A stretch of DNA of 21,288 bases from Acidobacteriota bacterium (GTDB taxonomy: Bacteria; Acidobacteriota; UBA6911; JACQSX01), in NCBI GenBank assembly GCA_036507075.1, contig DASXQR010000156.1, forward strand, positions 1 to 21,288, written 5' to 3'. Made by a program: the position numbers and the translations under genes. Below, one piece after another: positions 17,172 through 21,288 of this stretch; the first letter of the stretch is position 1, and every line of letters starts with the position of its first letter. Under the pieces are notes generated by a model. That model saw only the letters and a program-made list of their open reading frames with translations, ran no database searches and was not told where the DNA came from.

Positions 17172-18605
17172 ATGCCACGCATCATCCGAGCAACGATCAT
17201 TCCTGTCTTAATGGTGTCATTGACGCTTCTCCGCGGTGGAGCTCCACCGTTGCAGGCTCGGCAGTCTTCACCGCCCGAACCCGGCCGGCCCTCCTCTGAA
17301 AAGACGTCCGACAACGGAAACCTGACGGAAGCAGCGGCGCAGAAATTCCGCGTAACCACGGACCTGGTTACTGTCCAGGTCGTCGTTTCAGGCAAGAACA
17401 GCCGCCCGGTAATGGATTTGAAAGCCGCGGATTTTCAGATTTTTGAAGACAATGTCCCACAGAAACTACTCTATTTCCAGCCAGCCGACGGGCCAGACCA
17501 TAGTATCCCGATGTCCGCAGCCAGCCCCGAGCAGCCGGGGCTTGGCGCAACACAACCCCGGACCGCAACGCTTCCGCCCGATCAACCATTCGGACACGAC
17601 TCAGAACTGATCGTGCTGTTGCTCGACTTTTCCACGACCAACATATCGGGGCAGAAACTGGTGCGCGATGGGGCCCGAAAATACGTTTCCGACCACATGG
17701 ACGGGCAGGATCGAGTTGCCGTGTTCGCATTTGACAGCGGTCTTCGGCCGCTGCTGGATCCGACTGTGGATCGCAAACAGGTGCTCGCGGTTTTAGAGCA
17801 CACCAGCTCCCGAGGAGATGCCATGGCCGGCGAGAGGGCGATGCTTACGGCTGGCGCCGGGGAAGCAGTGCGAAGAGAGGAGGCGCTGACCCAGCAGATC
17901 GGCAATCTGCTTGGCGCCGCGGGGGGAGGGTCGCCCACGCCGGCCATCGCAACCGCCGTAGCCACGATGCAAGCCCAGCTTGATCTGGCTCGTTACACGG
18001 AACTTCAGTACTATTCCCTCAGGTCTGCTCTGGACGAGCAGCTCTCACGCTCAATCCTGCTTGCCATCCGGGCGATTACCGAGGGTCTGCTGCCGTTTCC
18101 CGGCCGCAAGACGCTCATTTTTCTTTCGCAGGGTTTCGTCGTTCCACCCAACGTTCGCGGGATTCTCGATGCGACGCTGGCGGCATCCATTAGATCGAAC
18201 ACGGCAATCTATGCAATCGACGCGCGCGGCCTGGTAAATGACAAGCCCACATTCCAGACCACCGAACTGGAGAGCATCAGCGCGCTGCAGCGCGGGACGA
18301 GAACGCGCGTGGTCAATGGTGAAACGGAATTCGATCGCGCGGCAATGATCGGCTCGGATCAGGAAGAGAGCCTGCTGCGCTATATTTCTCACGCCACCGG
18401 AGGCCTGTATCTTCGCAATACAAATGATCTGTCGCGCCGCTTCAAGGAGGTGCACGACGATGTGCACGCCCGCTATCTGCTCGGCTATACAAGCACCAAT
18501 AAAAAGATGGACGGGAGCTTCCGCGCGATCCGGGTCGAGGTGCTGCGGAAGAATATGAAGGTCAGGGCGAGGCAAGGATATTACGCCCCCGCGAAGAGCT
18601 CGTGA
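17172..18605 (+). CDS. VWFA-related (Acidobacterial-type) domain protein, short form, exported
   Basis: 477 aa with signal peptide. Motifs FRVTTDLVTVQVVV....PV.DLKA.DFQIFED..PQ, PGRKTLIFLSQG, AIYAIDARGL, TGG....NTNDL and YLLGYTS....DGSFRAIRVEV....VRARQGYYAP. Confidence 0.88.
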   Translation: MPRIIRATIIPVLMVSLTLLRGGAPPLQARQSSPPEPGRPSSEKTSDNGNLTEAAAQKFRVTTDLVTVQVVVSGKNSRPVMDLKAADFQIFEDNVPQKLLYFQPADGPDHSIPMSAASPEQPGLGATQPRTATLPPDQPFGHDSELIVLLLDFSTTNISGQKLVRDGARKYVSDHMDGQDRVAVFAFDSGLRPLLDPTVDRKQVLAVLEHTSSRGDAMAGERAMLTAGAGEAVRREEALTQQIGNLLGAAGGGSPTPAIATAVATMQAQLDLARYTELQYYSLRSALDEQLSRSILLAIRAITEGLLPFPGRKTLIFLSQGFVVPPNVRGILDATLAASIRSNTAIYAIDARGLVNDKPTFQTTELESISALQRGTRTRVVNGETEFDRAAMIGSDQEESLLRYISHATGGLYLRNTNDLSRRFKEVHDDVHARYLLGYTSTNKKMDGSFRAIRVEVLRKNMKVRARQGYYAPAKSS

Positions 18606-18615
18606 GATTTTTGTT

Positions 18616-18671
18616 ACCACAAAGGCACAAAGCACACAAAAATCATTAGTGTCCTTTGTGCCTTTGTGGTG
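18616..18671. repeat. CACAAAGG-unit palindrome, copy 4 (possible bidirectional terminator)
   Basis: ACCACAAAGGCACAAAGCACAC...GTGTCCTTTGTGCCTTTGTGGTG, filling the 67-bp gap between convergent stop codons. Confidence 0.93.
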
Positions 18672-18672
18672 A

Positions 18673-20730
18673 TCAACGCTTTTCAAAGAGCCGCCGGGCA
18701 ATCTTCATCTCTCTCTCGGCTTCAACATCAAGCCCCTTCCGCTTCAAGGCAATCGCCAGATTGTAATGCGCCTGAGCGTAGCCGGCATCCAAAGCGAGTG
18801 CCCGTCGATACTCGCCGATGGCGTCGTCGACCTGTCCTGAATTCATCAGCGCCAGTCCCAGATTGTTATGAATCTGCGGCACGGCAGGGCTGAGCTTCGC
18901 GGCCTTGCGCAGCACGTCTGCGGCCTCGCCGTTTCGATTCATTCCCATATACGCCAGACCCAGGTTCGTCCAGGCAAAGCTGTCGTCAGCCCGCAGCCGT
19001 ACAAGTTTAAGATAAATCTGCGCAGACTCCGCAAACCGCTTTGAGTTCAGATAGACGATGCCCAGGTTGTTCAAGGCGCCCTGATTTTCAGGGTCGAGCT
19101 CGAGGACCTGGAGAAACGCCTGTTGCGCCACCGCGTGATCTCCGAGGCGGGCCAGTGACATCCCAAGAAAAAACGTCGAGATCAGGTCCTGCGGACGCAA
19201 GCTCAGCGCTGTTCGCAGTTCCTGCGCGGCCTGCCTGAAGTCTCCCATCTGGAAGTAACAGACTCCCAGCAACGCCCGCGCGAAATATACCTTGGGATCG
19301 GTCCGGATCACCTGCTGCAATTTCGCAACAGCCTGCGCGTACCGTTTCCCCTCGCTGTCGTCGGCCGCCGACCAGATGGCGTCAAAAACCGCGGCTTTGT
19401 CTTTTGGATCCGGAAACGAACTGATGTCCGGATCCGGCCGGACAGGAGCTGTCAGGGCCGCATAGCCGAGTCCCAGGAGCCTTTGAAACTCCTGTGGGTC
19501 GCTGACGCGGACCCTGGCCTCCGAGGTGTCCTTCTCGGTAAACTGAGTCGCCAGGGAACGCCGCAGCTCTTTGAGCTGCGACGCCAGCGCGCTCTTGCCC
19601 GCCGCCGTGTTGCTGCGCTCGCCGGGATCCTGGTTGAGAAGATACAGCTCGGGACGCGGCGCCTGGATGTACTTGTAATCCTGGCTGCGGATGCTGGCCA
19701 ACGGGCTCCAGCCATACTGCTCAAAGGGAAGCACCGTTTCGCCCAGCGCAAACCTTGTTTCCCCCGTTCTCTTTCCCCGTATGGCGGCCAGTTGACCTGC
19801 GCCTTGAACCGGGGCCGGTTTGGGCAGGTTTAGCAACTGTAGTATGGTTGGAAAGATATCGATGCTTTGAACCTGATCTGCGACAACCGTCCCCGCGAAA
19901 TCAGATCCCGGAAGCTTGAATATCAGCGGCACGCGCAGTGTGGAATCATAGAGGAAAAGTCCATGCGTGGATTCGGCGTGATCTCCCAGCCCCTCGCCGT
20001 GATCGCTGCTGAGCACGATCAGGGTGCTCGAATAAAGATTCCGGCTTTGCAGAAAGCGAATCAGCGTGCCGATGACCGAATCGACATAGGCGATCTCCCC
20101 GTCATAGGGATGGCGCGCGTATCGCGCCGCCCAAGGAGACGGCGGATCGTACGGCGCATGCGGATCAAACAGGTGGATCCAGGCGAAGGATCTCTGCGGC
20201 GCCGCCGATTTTCGGAGCCAGGCGACGGCGTTCGCCATCACCCGGGATGCCCGCTGCTCGGCGATTGAGATATTCATCTGGCCGGTGCCTGACTCGCTGA
20301 GTCCTTCCACGTAAGTATCGAAACCCTGGTTCAGCCCGGTGCGCGCGTTCACGACGTATGCCCCGACGAAAGCGCCGGTGCGGTATCCCTGCTGCTTGAG
20401 GACTTCGGCCAAGGTGGTGAGCCTGGCGGGCAGCCGGTAGCCGGAATTATCGCGAACGCCGTGGTAGAGCGGCAGCGTCCCGGTCAGGATCGATGCGTGC
20501 GACGGCAGGGTGATGGGGCAGTTGGAAACTGCCTGAGCGAAGCGGACGCCGTCGCGGGCGAGGCGATCGATGTTGGGTGTTTCAATCCCGGGGTAGCCGT
20601 AGCAGCCAAGGTGATCGGCGCGCAGTGTGTCGATGGTGATCAGAATGATGTCGGGCTTGGACTGCGGCGGCGCGGCCAACAGGGGGATCACCACAAAGAC
20701 ACAAAGGGCACAGAGACGAACGTTCAGCAC
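18673..20730 (-). CDS. Sulfatase-like hydrolase/transferase (alkaline phosphatase superfamily) fused to C-terminal TPR repeats, exported
   Basis: Motifs PDIILITIDTLRADHLGCYGY, TPNIDRLA, TLPSHASILTG, WIHLFDPHAPY, YDGEIAYVD, SDHGEGLGDH and LY.L..DPGE..N, then TPRs. Start is GTG 20730 or TTG 20739. Confidence 0.9.
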   Translation of the reverse strand: MLNVRLCALCVFVVIPLLAAPPQSKPDIILITIDTLRADHLGCYGYPGIETPNIDRLARDGVRFAQAVSNCPITLPSHASILTGTLPLYHGVRDNSGYRLPARLTTLAEVLKQQGYRTGAFVGAYVVNARTGLNQGFDTYVEGLSESGTGQMNISIAEQRASRVMANAVAWLRKSAAPQRSFAWIHLFDPHAPYDPPSPWAARYARHPYDGEIAYVDSVIGTLIRFLQSRNLYSSTLIVLSSDHGEGLGDHAESTHGLFLYDSTLRVPLIFKLPGSDFAGTVVADQVQSIDIFPTILQLLNLPKPAPVQGAGQLAAIRGKRTGETRFALGETVLPFEQYGWSPLASIRSQDYKYIQAPRPELYLLNQDPGERSNTAAGKSALASQLKELRRSLATQFTEKDTSEARVRVSDPQEFQRLLGLGYAALTAPVRPDPDISSFPDPKDKAAVFDAIWSAADDSEGKRYAQAVAKLQQVIRTDPKVYFARALLGVCYFQMGDFRQAAQELRTALSLRPQDLISTFFLGMSLARLGDHAVAQQAFLQVLELDPENQGALNNLGIVYLNSKRFAESAQIYLKLVRLRADDSFAWTNLGLAYMGMNRNGEAADVLRKAAKLSPAVPQIHNNLGLALMNSGQVDDAIGEYRRALALDAGYAQAHYNLAIALKRKGLDVEAEREMKIARRLFEKR

Positions 20731-20786
20731 GACTGCCAATTACAGCATACTTGGAGAGGGCCTTTGTGCCTTTGTGTCTTTGTGGT
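20689..20786. repeat. CACAAAGG-unit palindrome, copy 5, with a ~45-nt loop containing the start of the sulfatase-like gene
   Basis: Arms CACCACAAAGACACAAAGGGCACAGAG (20689-20715) and CCTTTGTGCCTTTGTGTCTTTGTGGT (20761-20786). Confidence 0.9.
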
Positions 20787-20787
20787 T

Positions 20788-20820
20788 AAAAAAAAGGGCG
20801 CCAAAAAAGGGCGCCCTTTT
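20788..20820 (-). terminator. Rho-independent terminator of the TonB-dependent receptor gene
   Basis: Minus strand AAAAGGGCGCC-CTTTTTT-GGCGCCC followed by T8, 22 nt downstream of the stop codon. Confidence 0.8.
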
Positions 20821-20842
20821 CAAAGCTGCGCGACTGTGACCA

Positions 20843-21288
20843 CTACCAGACCAGCTTCAAAGCGAACTGGATCTCTCTCGGATCACGAGCGCGGTTAATC
20901 GTACCGAACGTGTTGCTGTACTTCGATCTGGGGATACTGATAGTTCCCTTTGCTGTATCCACCTCTCGATCTGGTTTGGTTTGATCGGTAACAACGTTCG
21001 ACGGACAGATACACGAATTGGGCGGGAAGAACTGTGGATGGTTAAAGAAATTGAAGAGTTCCGCCCGGAACTGAATCTTAGCGCGCTCTGCAGTCCAGTT
21101 TGTCTTCCACCAAGGCACGTCGAAGTTCTTGTAAAAAGACCAGTCGAAGTTATTGATGTTGGGTGCACGCTCACCCGAAATCCCAACTGCCGAATTTCCT
21201 AGCACTCCGATCTTGGTCGGGACAGCAAAGGCGGCAGTGTTGAACCACTTTCCAACTTCGTGTGGACCGCCCGGATTGCCAATAATAT
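20843..21288 (-). CDS. TonB-dependent receptor (Oar-like / Acidobacterial type), 3' end only
   Basis: The frame is open to the window edge (IIGNPGGPHEVGKWFNTAAFAVP...GN). C-terminal signature N.D.S.YKNF...IQFRAELFN.FNHPQF...FG.I....DPREIQFALKLVW with a terminal aromatic residue. Confidence 0.9.
   Translation of the reverse strand, partial: IIGNPGGPHEVGKWFNTAAFAVPTKIGVLGNSAVGISGERAPNINNFDWSFYKNFDVPWWKTNWTAERAKIQFRAELFNFFNHPQFFPPNSCICPSNVVTDQTKPDREVDTAKGTISIPRSKYSNTFGTINRARDPREIQFALKLVW

Noticed and set aside
8961..18115. DGR-like template/variable repeat pair between the two VWA genes
   Set aside because: The match is short and reflects a conserved protein motif. There is no adenine-specific mismatch pattern and no reverse transcriptase in the window.
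20843..21288. Lower GC in the TBDR 3' end as a sign of horizontal transfer
   Set aside because: The stretch is too short to judge, is explicable by amino-acid composition, and has no mobility signature.

Overview
A GC-rich bacterial window whose gene content (VWFA-related, GWxTD, CRTAC1/ASPIC-UnbV, TPR and Oar-type TonB-dependent receptor genes) points to Acidobacteriota; this is inference. It opens with the probable end of an insertion sequence, followed by malQ, a sodium:solute symporter and a GH20 beta-N-acetylhexosaminidase. A ~15-kb block of predicted exported proteins follows: CRTAC1-like, two VWA, two TPR, a hypothetical, GWxTD, a sulfatase-fold/TPR protein with a non-canonical TxPxH site, and the 3' end of a TonB-dependent receptor. 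The most striking non-coding signal is that all 11 intergenic gaps hold a repeat or palindrome. These include five copies of a CACAAAGG-unit palindrome, 7-mer and 8-mer tandem arrays, a REPIN-like pair, a 260-bp MITE-like element and a 239-bp nested palindrome. Several repeats overlap coding sequence: one arm encodes the signal-peptide core of the sulfatase-like protein, one contains the likely GWxTD start codon, and one supplies the malQ stop. The long VWA protein and the GWxTD protein share a homologous C-terminal beta-rich module of about 260 aa. No rRNA, tRNA or CRISPR array was seen.
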